This document shows, one piece after another, positions 18,797-28,330 of a stretch of DNA of 64,000 nt. This DNA is from Promethearchaeota archaeon (GTDB lineage: Archaea > Asgardarchaeota > Hermodarchaeia > Hermodarchaeales > Hermodarchaeaceae). Both the position numbers and the translations under genes were made by a program. Each line of letters opens with the position of its first letter. Positions within the stretch are counted from its first letter, which is position 1. The notes beneath the pieces are model-generated. The model was not told the origin of the DNA. It searched no databases and saw only the letters and a program-made list of their open reading frames with translations. The stretch covers positions 1-64,000 of the forward strand of contig JBHLPH010000010.1 in the NCBI GenBank assembly GCA_048939625.1. Reading direction: 5' to 3'.

Positions 18797-20332
18797 ATGA
18801 GTCGATTTCTCAACGCGCTGCGTCCATTGATTCGTATCATGCCTGAGGTCAAGGCACCTGACCGGAAGGTTTCCTTCCGGGAAAAAGTAATCTGGACAGC
18901 TGTAATCCTCGTTCTCTATCTGATCATGGCTAGCCTGCCACTTTATGGAATTAGTCTACAACTAGGATTTGACTACTTTTTCTGGCTCCGGACTATCCTT
19001 GCCTCTTCACGTGGAACCCTCATGGAACTCGGTATCGGTCCCATTGTGACTGCCGGGCTCATCATGCAGCTCCTCGTGGGCTCCCAGCTCATCCGCGTCG
19101 ACATGTCCGATCCTTATCAGCGTTCGCTCTACACAGGCGCCCAGAAAGTCCTCGCCGTCTTAATGACCGCATTCCAAGCTTTCGCCTACATTTTCGCAGG
19201 CGCCTATGGGCAAGTTCCTTCGCAATTAAGGTACGATCAGGCTGTTCTCGTCTTTATCCAACTTATGTTCGCTGGCATCGTCGTTATCATGATGGATGAA
19301 GCTATCCAGAAAGGCTGGGGACTTGGGAGTGGTGTTAGCCTCTTCATCATGGCCAACGTTTGTACCCAAATCCTCTGGGGAATGTTTTCAATAGCACCTG
19401 CACAAAATTTGGATCTTCCCAGTGCTCCGCTTGGATTTACGGGCATCATCCCATATTGGATTCAGAACTTGGGTGGCTGGTCTGTCAATGATTGGAATCT
19501 GGGGGTCGTCTTCAATCCAGATACTAATCCTGCTGGTTTCATCGCTGACCCTGTTACTATCTGGTTCAGACCGCAAAATCCCCGCTCTAGCATGCTCGGT
19601 CTCTTTACTACATTCATCACCTTCGTCCTCGTCATCTACATGGAATCCTACCGTGTGAATATTCCGCTTCAATACGCCCGCTATCGTGGATTCCGTGGGC
19701 AGTATCCCATCAAACTCCTTTACGTCTCCAATATCCCCGTTATCTTTACTCAAGCCCTGTATGCCAACATCCTCTTCATCACCCAAATCCTATGGGTTCA
19801 ACTCCCGTGGCTCCAAACCTCCTTTTGGTTTAACCTCATCGCTAGCTATACGGCAGCCCCTGGTGGAGGAAACTACTTGGTTCCCGATCCATACTGTTTC
19901 GTTTGGTTCCTCACACCCCCCATTGGCATCCTTTCCCTCCTTGACACTGGTGGATGGATCCGTGCCATCGGTTATGCCCTCCTCCTCATCGTCTTCTGTG
20001 CAGGTTTCGCCCGACTTTGGATTGATGTCTCCGGCATCTCACCACGAGATGTCTCTCGCCAACTCATCGGCGCTGGCATGCAAGTACCTGGCTTCCGCCG
20101 TTCACCCCAAGTCATCGAAAAAATCCTCAATCGCTACATTCCTACGGTAGCCCTCCTCGGTGGCATCATTGTAGGTGGACTCGCCGCGTTCGCCGACTTT
20201 CTCGGCGCTCTCACCACTGGTATCGGAATACTTCTTGCTGTAGGCATTATGCGGCAATACTTCGAGTTGCTTGCGAAGGAGCAATTGGGTGAGATGCATC
20301 CAATGATGCGTGGTCTCCTTGGCGTTGGATAA
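18797..20332 (+). CDS. secY: Preprotein translocase SecY/Sec61alpha
   Basis: GTLMELGIGPIVTAG, GSGVSLFI, YPIKLLYVSNIP. Confidence 0.98.
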   Translation: MSRFLNALRPLIRIMPEVKAPDRKVSFREKVIWTAVILVLYLIMASLPLYGISLQLGFDYFFWLRTILASSRGTLMELGIGPIVTAGLIMQLLVGSQLIRVDMSDPYQRSLYTGAQKVLAVLMTAFQAFAYIFAGAYGQVPSQLRYDQAVLVFIQLMFAGIVVIMMDEAIQKGWGLGSGVSLFIMANVCTQILWGMFSIAPAQNLDLPSAPLGFTGIIPYWIQNLGGWSVNDWNLGVVFNPDTNPAGFIADPVTIWFRPQNPRSSMLGLFTTFITFVLVIYMESYRVNIPLQYARYRGFRGQYPIKLLYVSNIPVIFTQALYANILFITQILWVQLPWLQTSFWFNLIASYTAAPGGGNYLVPDPYCFVWFLTPPIGILSLLDTGGWIRAIGYALLLIVFCAGFARLWIDVSGISPRDVSRQLIGAGMQVPGFRRSPQVIEKILNRYIPTVALLGGIIVGGLAAFADFLGALTTGIGILLAVGIMRQYFELLAKEQLGEMHPMMRGLLGVG

Positions 20333-20439
20333 CCTAGGGAATTTTCCATGTATGGATATTAGGTCTGGACCTGTTGTGGGCTCGAAAAGCTCTTAAGGTT
20401 GTGACAGTGAGTGTGCCCGTTCAGGTGGAGGTCTGTTGA

Positions 20440-21027
20440 TTGCAAGTGCGTAAGGTCGTTGTAGTCAGTGGCGTGCCCGGTGTTGGCAAAACCACCGTGG
20501 TGACCGATGCGATTCGTAAGGTTGAGAACCGTCTCAACGTTTCACTAATAACCTATGGTTCTGTGATGTTTGAGATTGCGCAAAAGAAGCGACTTGTCGA
20601 GAATCGTGATGAACTACGAAGATTGCCTGTGAAAAAACAGCGTGAGGTTCAAAAACTCGCTGGCGAGCGTATCGCAGCAATGAGTAAAACTCAAGTCGTA
20701 ATCGTCGATACCCATACTTTAATTCAAACTGCTGATGGTGGATTTCTAATAGGGTTACCAAAATGGGTAGCAGAAGCCATCCGTCCTGCCTCCATTGTGC
20801 TCGTAGAAGCCGATCCAAAGAACATTGCTTCTCGACGCGCTAAGGATCCGACCCGTACACGGGATGAGCAGTTGATCGACAACATTGCAGCACATCAGTT
20901 GTTATGTCGTTCAGCGGCAGTGGCGGTAGGAACTCTAACAGGGGCAACCGTAATGATTCTTAAGAACATAGAGGGTAAATCTGAGGAAGCAGCGACCGCC
21001 TTTGCCGAGTTACTGTTAAAAGTGTGA
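20440..21027 (+). CDS. adkA: Adenylate kinase (archaeal type)
   Basis: GVPGVGKTT, VDTH, GLP; follows secY. Confidence 0.93.
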   Translation: MQVRKVVVVSGVPGVGKTTVVTDAIRKVENRLNVSLITYGSVMFEIAQKKRLVENRDELRRLPVKKQREVQKLAGERIAAMSKTQVVIVDTHTLIQTADGGFLIGLPKWVAEAIRPASIVLVEADPKNIASRRAKDPTRTRDEQLIDNIAAHQLLCRSAAVAVGTLTGATVMILKNIEGKSEEAATAFAELLLKV

Positions 21028-21677
21028 TAGCCGTGCAGAGTATTTTCATCGATATTGCTGTAGCCATTCGCAATGCCTTAGGTCCATGGGCGTATCCGCC
21101 TCTATCGTCAGTTGTAGTGCTGCTGGTTAGCATCATTATTTCCCTGACTTCAAACCTAGTCAATCGACATTTCATCGATTATGATCGCTTGAAACGGTCA
21201 CGGGAAGAGATTAACAAGTACAATGAAATGAAGAAAAAGGTCAAAGAGGAGACTGATCCCAAAGCCCGGCGAAAATTGGAACTCAAGATTAAACGTCGCG
21301 AACGGTATATTATGAAATTACAAGGTGATGTAAGCAAGCAGTCATTCATTCCTATGCTGGTTACAATTATCCCTTTCATGTTGGTGTATACCATCATGAA
21401 CGGCGTCTTTGTTGATCCTGGCCTGGCATTTCCTTCTGCTGCGGTTCCTGCTCCTGTGATTTGGTCTCCTCTTAACTTCGGTCAGCTTCTAGGACCCTTT
21501 GGTCTGGGTTTCGGATGGCAATATGGGCAATGGGTCGATACAGGGCTGTATTTCCCTGGAGTGCCCCTCGGTGGAATGGGATTACTCTACATCTATTGGT
21601 ATATCATTTGTAGCTTCACAATGAACCTCATTATTCAGAAATTCCTTGGCACAACCATGACCACCGGCTTATCGTAA
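21024..21677 (+). CDS. DUF106/EMC3/TMCO1 (Oxa1-superfamily) membrane protein
   Basis: TM-coiled coil-TM architecture ending WYIICSF; syntenic after adk. Confidence 0.85.
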   Translation: MIAVQSIFIDIAVAIRNALGPWAYPPLSSVVVLLVSIIISLTSNLVNRHFIDYDRLKRSREEINKYNEMKKKVKEETDPKARRKLELKIKRRERYIMKLQGDVSKQSFIPMLVTIIPFMLVYTIMNGVFVDPGLAFPSAAVPAPVIWSPLNFGQLLGPFGLGFGWQYGQWVDTGLYFPGVPLGGMGLLYIYWYIICSFTMNLIIQKFLGTTMTTGLS

Positions 21678-21695
21678 TCTCGGACGTGTATTGTC

Positions 21696-22250
21696 GTGGA
21701 CTTGTCAATTGCGGTCAGTGGCATGCACGGAGCAGGCACTACCACGGTTGCCACCGCCCTCGCTGAGGCCTTTAATCTCCGATACATCTCCGCTGGAATG
21801 ATTTTTCGCCAACTCGCAAAAGAAAAAGGAATCTCCTTGGCGGAATTAAGTAAAATCGCTGAAGATAATCCTCAAATCGATCAAGAAATTGATGATCGAA
21901 CCCAACACGAAGCAGAAGCTGGCAACGTAGTTATTGATGCCTATATTGCTGGTTGGGTTGCCCGAAGGCACGCTGATATTGCCATCTACCTTCACGCACC
22001 ATTGGAGATTCGTGCTCTCCGCATTGCAGAACGGGAATCTCGGAATTACGAAGAAATCCTAGAAGAAACGCAAATTCGCGAAAATAGTGAAAGAAGCCGG
22101 TTCCGGGAGTTTTATGGCATAGATGTCACAGACACCCGGCTTTTTGATCTCGTACTTAACACCGAGCACTTCAACGCTGTTGCTACGATAAGTATTTGTA
22201 CCGCAGCTGTAAAGGCGTATCTTGCGTCCTCCGGGACGACAACCGAATGA
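21696..22250 (+). CDS. cmk: Cytidylate kinase (archaeal)
   Basis: ISAGMIFRQLAKE, RIAERE, YGID; P-loop variant GMHGAGTTT. Confidence 0.9.
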   Translation: MDLSIAVSGMHGAGTTTVATALAEAFNLRYISAGMIFRQLAKEKGISLAELSKIAEDNPQIDQEIDDRTQHEAEAGNVVIDAYIAGWVARRHADIAIYLHAPLEIRALRIAERESRNYEEILEETQIRENSERSRFREFYGIDVTDTRLFDLVLNTEHFNAVATISICTAAVKAYLASSGTTTE

Positions 22251-22302
22251 TGTTGTGGTGGCAACACCCAGCTGACTGTCAACCGGTGGAGGAAACATCC
22301 CC

Positions 22303-22578
22303 ATGAGTCTAGTTGAAGTTGGAAGAGTTTGCGTGAAAACGCGCGGTCGAGAGACCGGAAAGAAATGTGTTGTTGTTGAACGTGTGGACAAAAATTTCGT
22401 CCTTGTATCCGGACCCCAAGAAATTTCTGGAGTCCGTCGTCGCCGAGTGAACGTCGACCATTTGGATCCGACGAAAAAGAAAGTCGACATCAAAGCTGGT
22501 GCAGAAGACGCTGCCATTGTGAAGGCTATCAAGGACGCTAAACTTACACCGTTCATGAAAGAAGCTGGAAAAGAATAA
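22303..22578 (+). CDS. rpl14e: 50S ribosomal protein eL14
   Basis: EVGRVCVKTRGRETGKKCVV, RRRVNVDHLDPT. Confidence 0.96.
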   Translation: MSLVEVGRVCVKTRGRETGKKCVVVERVDKNFVLVSGPQEISGVRRRRVNVDHLDPTKKKVDIKAGAEDAAIVKAIKDAKLTPFMKEAGKE

Positions 22579-22612
22579 CACACCGCTCCCTGTACGGGAG
22601 TTGAGGAGGACA

Positions 22613-23672
22613 TTGGATCTGACAAAATCGCGGCTGCCTGCAGATAAGAAACGGAAATTAGTAACGCGAGCTGAAGACACCACAAACCCTACTTATGGTC
22701 GGATTCCTGCGAAGCGAACTATCCTGGAATTATTCCAGGATGGCATCATTAACCTGGATAGCTTGGCTTAAGGGGTTTCAACCCTTTCCAAACCCAGAAA
22801 AACCACCAGGACCGACCAGTCACGAAGTAGTGTCTTGGATCAAACGCATTCTAGCCATATCTCGTGCAGGCCATTCGGGAACATTGGATCCCCAAGTCAC
22901 AGGTGTACTCCCAGTTATGTTAGGGAATGCCACAAAAATTGCCAATGCCCTGCTAACGTCAGGTAAAGAATACATTTGCATAATGCGCCTTCATCGGCAA
23001 GAAGAACCTCAGAAGGTTCGGGAAGCTGCCACAGAATTCGTTGGGACAATTTATCAACGTCCGCCTGTCCGTTCTTCAGTAAAGCGACGTGTACGCACAC
23101 GTCACATCTATTATCTGGATATCCTTGAAATCGAGGACCAAAACGTACTCTTTCGTGTTGGATGCCAAGCTGGCACCTATATTCGGAAACTCGTTTATGA
23201 TCTTGGTGAAGTTCTCGGCAGTGGAGCCCATATGGCTGAACTCCGACGAACACGCACGGGACCATTCAAAGAAGACAATACGTTAGCAACCTTGTATGAT
23301 GTTAAGGATGCCTATCAGTTTTGGCACGAAGACAAGGATGATCGGCTACTCCGGCAATATCTACAACCTCTCGAAAATGGCGTCCAACATCTACCCCAAA
23401 TTATAATTCGAGACACAGCAGTGGATGCCATATGTCACGGTGCGAACCTAGCGGTTACCGGAGTGTTACAGCTTCATGACGATATCGAACCAGGTGATTA
23501 CGTTGCGCTGATGACCTTGAAGGGTGAGTTGGTCGCCCTCGGAATTGCTCAACAAAAGAGTCAGCAAATATTACAAGCTTCATCAGGGATTGTAGCAGAT
23601 ACCAAGCGGGTTGTGTTAGCAGCAGGAACCTATCCATCCAGTTGGCGAAAAAAAACTAAAGACACTGGCTAA
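22613..23672 (+). CDS. cbf5: H/ACA pseudouridine synthase Cbf5; exon 1 22613-22759, exon 2 22800-23672 (339 aa spliced)
   Basis: Exon 1 (TTG after GAGGAGG) ends YGRIPAKRTILELFQDGIINLD; exon 2 starts KPPGPTSHEV in another frame; catalytic GHSGTLDP and PUA domain are intact. Confidence 0.93.
22760..22799 (+). other. Putative archaeal pre-mRNA intron (40 nt, BHB/BHL type) in cbf5
   Basis: Central helix CUGG(22754-57)/CCAG(22794-97), bulges AU^A and AA^A, internal hairpin; contains an in-frame UAA; excision restores motif I. Confidence 0.88.
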
Positions 23673-23697
23673 CAAACACCTTTTAGGAAAAATATAA

Positions 23698-23813
23698 TGG
23701 CGCCGCGGACGAGATTCGAACTCGTGCGACCCGAGAGTCACAGGCTATATGAGCATCGCCAAATTAGTGACGAGATTCCAGGCCTGCGCCGTAAACCACT
23801 TGGCTACCGCGGC
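23698..23813 (-). tRNA. tRNA-Ser(GGA) with 29-nt intron at 37/38 (23747-23775), encoded CCA
   Basis: GCCGCGG acceptor stem, AGCCAAGTGG D-arm, CAGGC-CT-GGA-A anticodon arm, long variable arm, GTTCGAATC T-loop. Confidence 0.96.
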
Positions 23814-23977
23814 TCGCGAGTTCCTTCAGAAGCGTGCTTATTAAAGATTTAGTTACAACTTCCTTTCTTTGTGTGCTAGAATTACCTCAAAAGGATTCGG
23901 ACTTTGGCAACACATTTAAAAGCGGTTCTGTATTTCGATTGCGATAGCTCAGAGCTAGTGCTACTTGAGGTGCTAAC

Positions 23978-24433
23978 TTGTCGTCGTCATATCGATACAT
24001 AATCCGAGTTGCTCGTACCGACCTCGATGGAAGCCTAAAACTTGACAGAGCTTTAAGCAATGTCAAAGGAGTTGGTCGAAGGCTAGCCCGTGCCATAGTT
24101 GAGGCTGCAGGGCTTAATCCAGATCAACGGACAGGATATATCACCGACCAGGATGTTGCCAAAATCGAGGAAGTACTTGAAGCTCCTGGAAAATTTGGTA
24201 TTCCTTTCTGGATGCTGAATCGTCAAAAGGATATGGCTTCTGGGCAAAATAAGCATCTCATTGGCGCAGACCTTGACTTTCAACTGAAAATGGACATTGA
24301 CCACATGATGAAGACAAAGAGCTGGAAGGGTATCCGACATGGACTCGGATTAAAGGTTAGAGGCCAACGAACACGCTGTACCGGGCGCAGAGGACGAACA
24401 GTCGGTGTCACCCGGAAACGACGGGCTCCCTAG
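23978..24433 (+). CDS. rps13: 30S ribosomal protein uS13
   Basis: WMLNRQKD, GIRHGLGLKVRGQRT. Confidence 0.97.
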   Translation: MSSSYRYIIRVARTDLDGSLKLDRALSNVKGVGRRLARAIVEAAGLNPDQRTGYITDQDVAKIEEVLEAPGKFGIPFWMLNRQKDMASGQNKHLIGADLDFQLKMDIDHMMKTKSWKGIRHGLGLKVRGQRTRCTGRRGRTVGVTRKRRAP

Positions 24434-24443
24434 GTGACGAAAT

Positions 24444-25172
24444 ATGGGCGGAATACGCAAACCAAAGAAGAAATACGTTGCACCCGGACATCCCTGGCAG
24501 AAGACTCGGTTAGCCGAAGAACTAATTTATGTAGGTGAATATGGTCTCCGCAATAAACGGGAGCTCTGGAAACACCGAACCCAGCTGACCCATTTCCGTG
24601 GCACAGCCCGTGATCTTGTGGCCCTTTCCATGGAAGAAAGGGACGTTCGTGAAACTCAACTTCTAAACCGATTGGCTCGACTAGCTCTTATTGATGAGAA
24701 TTCCCAATTGGATGATGTTCTCAATCTGACGATTCGTGACGTCTTAGAACGCCGATTGCAGACGCAGGTGCTACGTCAGGGCTTGGCAAAGACAATGCAC
24801 CATGCAAGGCAGTTAATCGTTCACGGTCATATCATACTTGATCAACATCGTGTTACTTCTCCCGGTATGCTCCTTTATCGTGATCAAGAAAAAGCGCTCA
24901 AATATGCTACAAAAAGTCCCTACACTAATCCTCTGCATCCAGAAATTCCAAAAGGCGAAACAGTTGCTCCAGCTCCTGAAGTCCGGGAACCAGTTTCGAA
25001 AGAAAAAATTGAAGTAAAAATCCCTCAAGTCCGTGAAATCAAAGAAGTTGAACTTGAAGAAGAGGTCGACTTAGACGAAGACCTTGCTGAAGAGGAAAAC
25101 GTTCAGGAAGAAACTGAAAAACCGCCTGCAAAGGACCAGAAAGGTGCAGCCAAAGAAAAAGAAACAAAATAA
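24444..25172 (+). CDS. rps4: 30S ribosomal protein uS4 with acidic C-terminal tail
   Basis: YGLRNKRELW, LERRLQT, ARQLIVHGHI. Confidence 0.97.
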   Translation: MGGIRKPKKKYVAPGHPWQKTRLAEELIYVGEYGLRNKRELWKHRTQLTHFRGTARDLVALSMEERDVRETQLLNRLARLALIDENSQLDDVLNLTIRDVLERRLQTQVLRQGLAKTMHHARQLIVHGHIILDQHRVTSPGMLLYRDQEKALKYATKSPYTNPLHPEIPKGETVAPAPEVREPVSKEKIEVKIPQVREIKEVELEEEVDLDEDLAEEENVQEETEKPPAKDQKGAAKEKETK

Positions 25173-25201
25173 TTGAGTTGGAAACAGAAAGGTGATGGGA
25201 A

Positions 25202-25870
25202 ATGGCAAAAGACGAGGAAAAGAAACCGGAACCGGAAAAAGCCCCTGAAGAAAAACCTAAGAAAACTCCCAAAGCGAAAGAAGCACCTAAGAAAAAAGCA
25301 GAAACCAAAGAGGCACCCGCTGAACCCACTACAGCAGAGGAACCTTCTAAAGAGAAAAAGCCCGTCAAAGCGAAGAAAAAAGCCAAACCCGAAGCGGAAG
25401 AGGAAGAAAAGAAACCAACTCGTCGCACTCGAACCCGTTCACCACGTTCAGGTGGGCGCGCTCGCACCCCCACCCCTGTTGATAGTAAGGAAAAATGGGG
25501 CGTGGCTCATATTTACAGTTCCTACAACGATACAATTGTTCATATCACCGATATTACGGGTGCAGAAACGATTGCCCGTGCTTCCGGTGGCATGATAGTC
25601 CGCGCGGATCGAGACGAAAGTTCTCCCTATGCAGCAATGCAAGCCGCTTTTCGTGCCGCTCGCGCAGCTATGGACAAAGATGTCACTCGAGTCAATATTA
25701 AGGTCCGAGCTCCCGGTGGGCATGGTCCCAAAACTCCTGGGCCTGGGGCTCAAGCAGCCATCCGCGCACTAGCACGTGCTGGTCTTCGAATAGGTCGAAT
25801 TGAAGAAGTAACCCCCGTACCTCATGACGGAACACGCCGTCCTGGAGGTCGGAGAGGTCGCAGAGTATAA
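25202..25870 (+). CDS. rps11: 30S ribosomal protein uS11 with about 95-aa K/E/P-rich N-terminal extension
   Basis: [31 protein letters not shown]. Confidence 0.97.
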   Translation: MAKDEEKKPEPEKAPEEKPKKTPKAKEAPKKKAETKEAPAEPTTAEEPSKEKKPVKAKKKAKPEAEEEEKKPTRRTRTRSPRSGGRARTPTPVDSKEKWGVAHIYSSYNDTIVHITDITGAETIARASGGMIVRADRDESSPYAAMQAAFRAARAAMDKDVTRVNIKVRAPGGHGPKTPGPGAQAAIRALARAGLRIGRIEEVTPVPHDGTRRPGGRRGRRV

Positions 25871-25910
25871 TGGTGATTATCACTGGGCATCAACAAGAGG
25901 TGAACTGAAA

Positions 25911-26855
25911 ATGAAGATAACCATCCTTGAAAAAACCGAAGACACCCTCAAGCTTCAAGTGGAAGGAGTTCAACCTGGTTTAATGAATGCCCTGCGCCGC
26001 ATCATTATAGCTGAAACTCCATCGATGGCAATTGAAGAAGTTGTGATTCTTGAAAACCAGTCGCCACTCTTCGATGAAATCATTGCACACCGTCTTGGTC
26101 TTGTCCCTCTTCGGACGAATTATGATACCTATGTTTTGCCATCTGAATGCACCTGTCAAGGCGCTGGTTGTCACCTCTGTCAGGCAGGCTTTACCATGGA
26201 GGTTGAAGCACCTGAAGATGGCTATCTAGCCACAACAGGAGACCTCAAACCCCAAGACCCGGACACGGTACCAGTAAGTGATAAGATTCCCATTGCCAAA
26301 ATGGCGAAAGGACAGCGCATTGTTGTCGAAGCATATGCTCGGTTGGGGGTTGGGCTTGATCATGCCAAATGGCAACCCGTATCTACCATGGCCTACAAAA
26401 TGATCCCTCACGTGGAGGTCGATCCTAAGAAGTGTGATGGATGTAAAGAATGCATCGAAGCCTGCTTTCGAAAGGTTTTCGAAATGCAAAACGACAAAGC
26501 TGTTGTCGTTGATGAAATGAATTGTACCATATGTAATCTCTGTGTGGAAACTTGTGATGTTCAAGCCATTAAAGTAACATACGAAGAAAACAGCTTCATC
26601 GTGACGATTGAATCCACTGGAGCAGCACCGCCTGAGCAAATTGTTGAGAAAGGCTTTGACGTATTTCGCGCAAAATATGAGAATCTTATTAAACTACTTC
26701 CAGGTCGTGCACCAAAAACCTCTACGAAACCAAAGAAGACAAAGAAAGCAGCTGCCACCAAACCCAAAATCACTAAAAAAACACCCGCAAAGAAAAAGAC
26801 CACTAAGGCTAAGTCGACCACGAAATCGAAAGCCAAGAGCAAGAAATCCAAATGA
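25911..26855 (+). CDS. rpoD: RNA polymerase subunit D (Rpo3) with ferredoxin-like domain and Lys-rich tail
   Basis: NALRR, AHRLGLVPL, HAKWQP, two CxxCxxCxxxC motifs. Confidence 0.96.
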   Translation: MKITILEKTEDTLKLQVEGVQPGLMNALRRIIIAETPSMAIEEVVILENQSPLFDEIIAHRLGLVPLRTNYDTYVLPSECTCQGAGCHLCQAGFTMEVEAPEDGYLATTGDLKPQDPDTVPVSDKIPIAKMAKGQRIVVEAYARLGVGLDHAKWQPVSTMAYKMIPHVEVDPKKCDGCKECIEACFRKVFEMQNDKAVVVDEMNCTICNLCVETCDVQAIKVTYEENSFIVTIESTGAAPPEQIVEKGFDVFRAKYENLIKLLPGRAPKTSTKPKKTKKAAATKPKITKKTPAKKKTTKAKSTTKSKAKSKKSK

Positions 26856-26867
26856 GTGTGAGTCACG

Positions 26868-27227
26868 GTGAACTTAAAAACAACCAATGAAACTCGACAA
26901 CAACTTATCATTAAACTGAAGCGTCAATCACGAAACCCAGGAGGGCGTATTTGGCGAACATTATACAAGGATTTGCAATCCGCTCGCCGGAAACGAATTA
27001 CTGTGAATGTAAGTGATCTTCAACGATACCATAGCCGGGGATATACTATGGTTGTGCCTGGTAAAGTTCTTGGTGATGGAGTAATCGAAGATAAGTTAAA
27101 TGTCGCAGCAGTTAGCTTCTCTGAACAAGCCCGTACAAAAATTGAGGGCAAGGGTGGTCAATGTCTTACAATTGAAGAACTAATGGAAAAGAACCCGACG
27201 GGTAAGAATGCTCGAATCATCAGCTAA
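26868..27227 (+). CDS. rpl18e: 50S ribosomal protein eL18
   Basis: VVPGKVLGDG, FSEQARTKI, NPTG. Confidence 0.95.
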   Translation: MNLKTTNETRQQLIIKLKRQSRNPGGRIWRTLYKDLQSARRKRITVNVSDLQRYHSRGYTMVVPGKVLGDGVIEDKLNVAAVSFSEQARTKIEGKGGQCLTIEELMEKNPTGKNARIIS

Positions 27228-27240
27228 GGAGAAATAACAA

Positions 27241-27717
27241 ATGGTAAAACAATCCACTAAATCAAGCAATGAGGCACCAATCTCAATCGACCCACTCCTA
27301 GTTGATGCAAATAACGCTGTTGCTGGCCGATTAGCCACCCTTGTTGCTAAGCAACTCTTACAAGGCGAACATGTTGTTGTAATTAATGCCGAAAAAGCCG
27401 TGCTTTCAGGAAATCGCTCAAGTCTAATTTTACAATATAAAGAAGCCTTGGGTCGTCGAACCAGATCAGCACCCTGGAAGGGACCATTACATCCCCGACA
27501 ACCCGATCGCTTACTGCGACGAATAATCCGCGGGATGGTTCCATGGAAAAAAGACCGAGGACGAAAAGCTATGAAACGGCTGCGCGTTTATACTGGCACT
27601 CCAGAAGGGCTGAAAACGAAACGTTACATCGACATGTCCGAATTTGAAAGGACAGGGCGTCGAACAATTTACTTAGGTGAAATCGCCCGCGAACTTGGAT
27701 GGAAGGGATCCGCATGA
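27241..27717 (+). CDS. rpl13: 50S ribosomal protein uL13
   Basis: GRLAT, INAEK, RRIIRGMVP. Confidence 0.96.
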   Translation: MVKQSTKSSNEAPISIDPLLVDANNAVAGRLATLVAKQLLQGEHVVVINAEKAVLSGNRSSLILQYKEALGRRTRSAPWKGPLHPRQPDRLLRRIIRGMVPWKKDRGRKAMKRLRVYTGTPEGLKTKRYIDMSEFERTGRRTIYLGEIARELGWKGSA

Positions 27718-28115
27718 AAATAACTGTAAGCTCAGGAAAACGAAAAACCGCCATTGCCCGTGCCACGGTACGTGAAGGCACTGGACGAATCCATGTTAAC
27801 AAAACCTCACTGGAAACTTTTACTCCGTTAATGGCCCGCCAAATTATCGAAGAACCGCTCTTAATCGCAGGAACCGATATTACTTCAAAAATTGACATCC
27901 GGGTTAATGTACGGGGTGGGGGGACAATGGGACAGGCCCAAGCCTCTCGAATCGCTATCGCTCGCGGACTTGTGGATTTCACGAAGAGCGCTGATCTTCG
28001 GAAGCAGTTTGTTGAATATGATCGAACACTCATGGCTGGCGATTCGCGTCGAAAAGAAAAGAAGAAATTTGGTGGTCCCGGCGCTAGAGCCAAGAGACAG
28101 AAAAGTTATCGTTAG
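27714..28115 (+). CDS. rps9: 30S ribosomal protein uS9
   Basis: [31 protein letters not shown]. Confidence 0.97.
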   Translation: MKITVSSGKRKTAIARATVREGTGRIHVNKTSLETFTPLMARQIIEEPLLIAGTDITSKIDIRVNVRGGGTMGQAQASRIAIARGLVDFTKSADLRKQFVEYDRTLMAGDSRRKEKKKFGGPGARAKRQKSYR

Positions 28116-28129
28116 AGGAGAAAGATTAC

Positions 28130-28330
28130 GTGATAATTCCAATTCGTTGTTTCACTTGTGGTCGGCTCGTTGCAGATAAGTGGGAAGAATATAGCCGCCG
28201 TGTACGTCAAGGGGAAGACCCTGCAGCGGTCTTAGACTCGATGGGATTGAAACGCTACTGCTGCCGGAGAATGCTTCTAAGCCATGTTGATATCATCGAT
28301 GCGGTTCTTCAATTTGCGGAGCGGACATGA
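28130..28330 (+). CDS. rpoN: RNA polymerase subunit N (Rpo10)
   Basis: [18 protein letters not shown]. Confidence 0.98.
   Translation: MIIPIRCFTCGRLVADKWEEYSRRVRQGEDPAAVLDSMGLKRYCCRRMLLSHVDIIDAVLQFAERT

Noticed and set aside
22247-22275. Possible box C/D sRNA (AUGAUG...CUGA) after cmk
   Set aside because: Imperfect C box and too short for two guides with C'/D' boxes.
22695-22799. ORF-track N-terminus of Cbf5 (MVGFLRSELSW...)
   Set aside because: Not Cbf5-like. The true N-terminus is in another frame from 22613, and the track start is an artefact of the intron.
22757-22802. Programmed ribosomal frameshift or single-base sequencing error as the explanation for split cbf5
   Set aside because: Either would leave about 13 extra residues inside invariant motif I, whereas BHB-rule excision restores the motif precisely.
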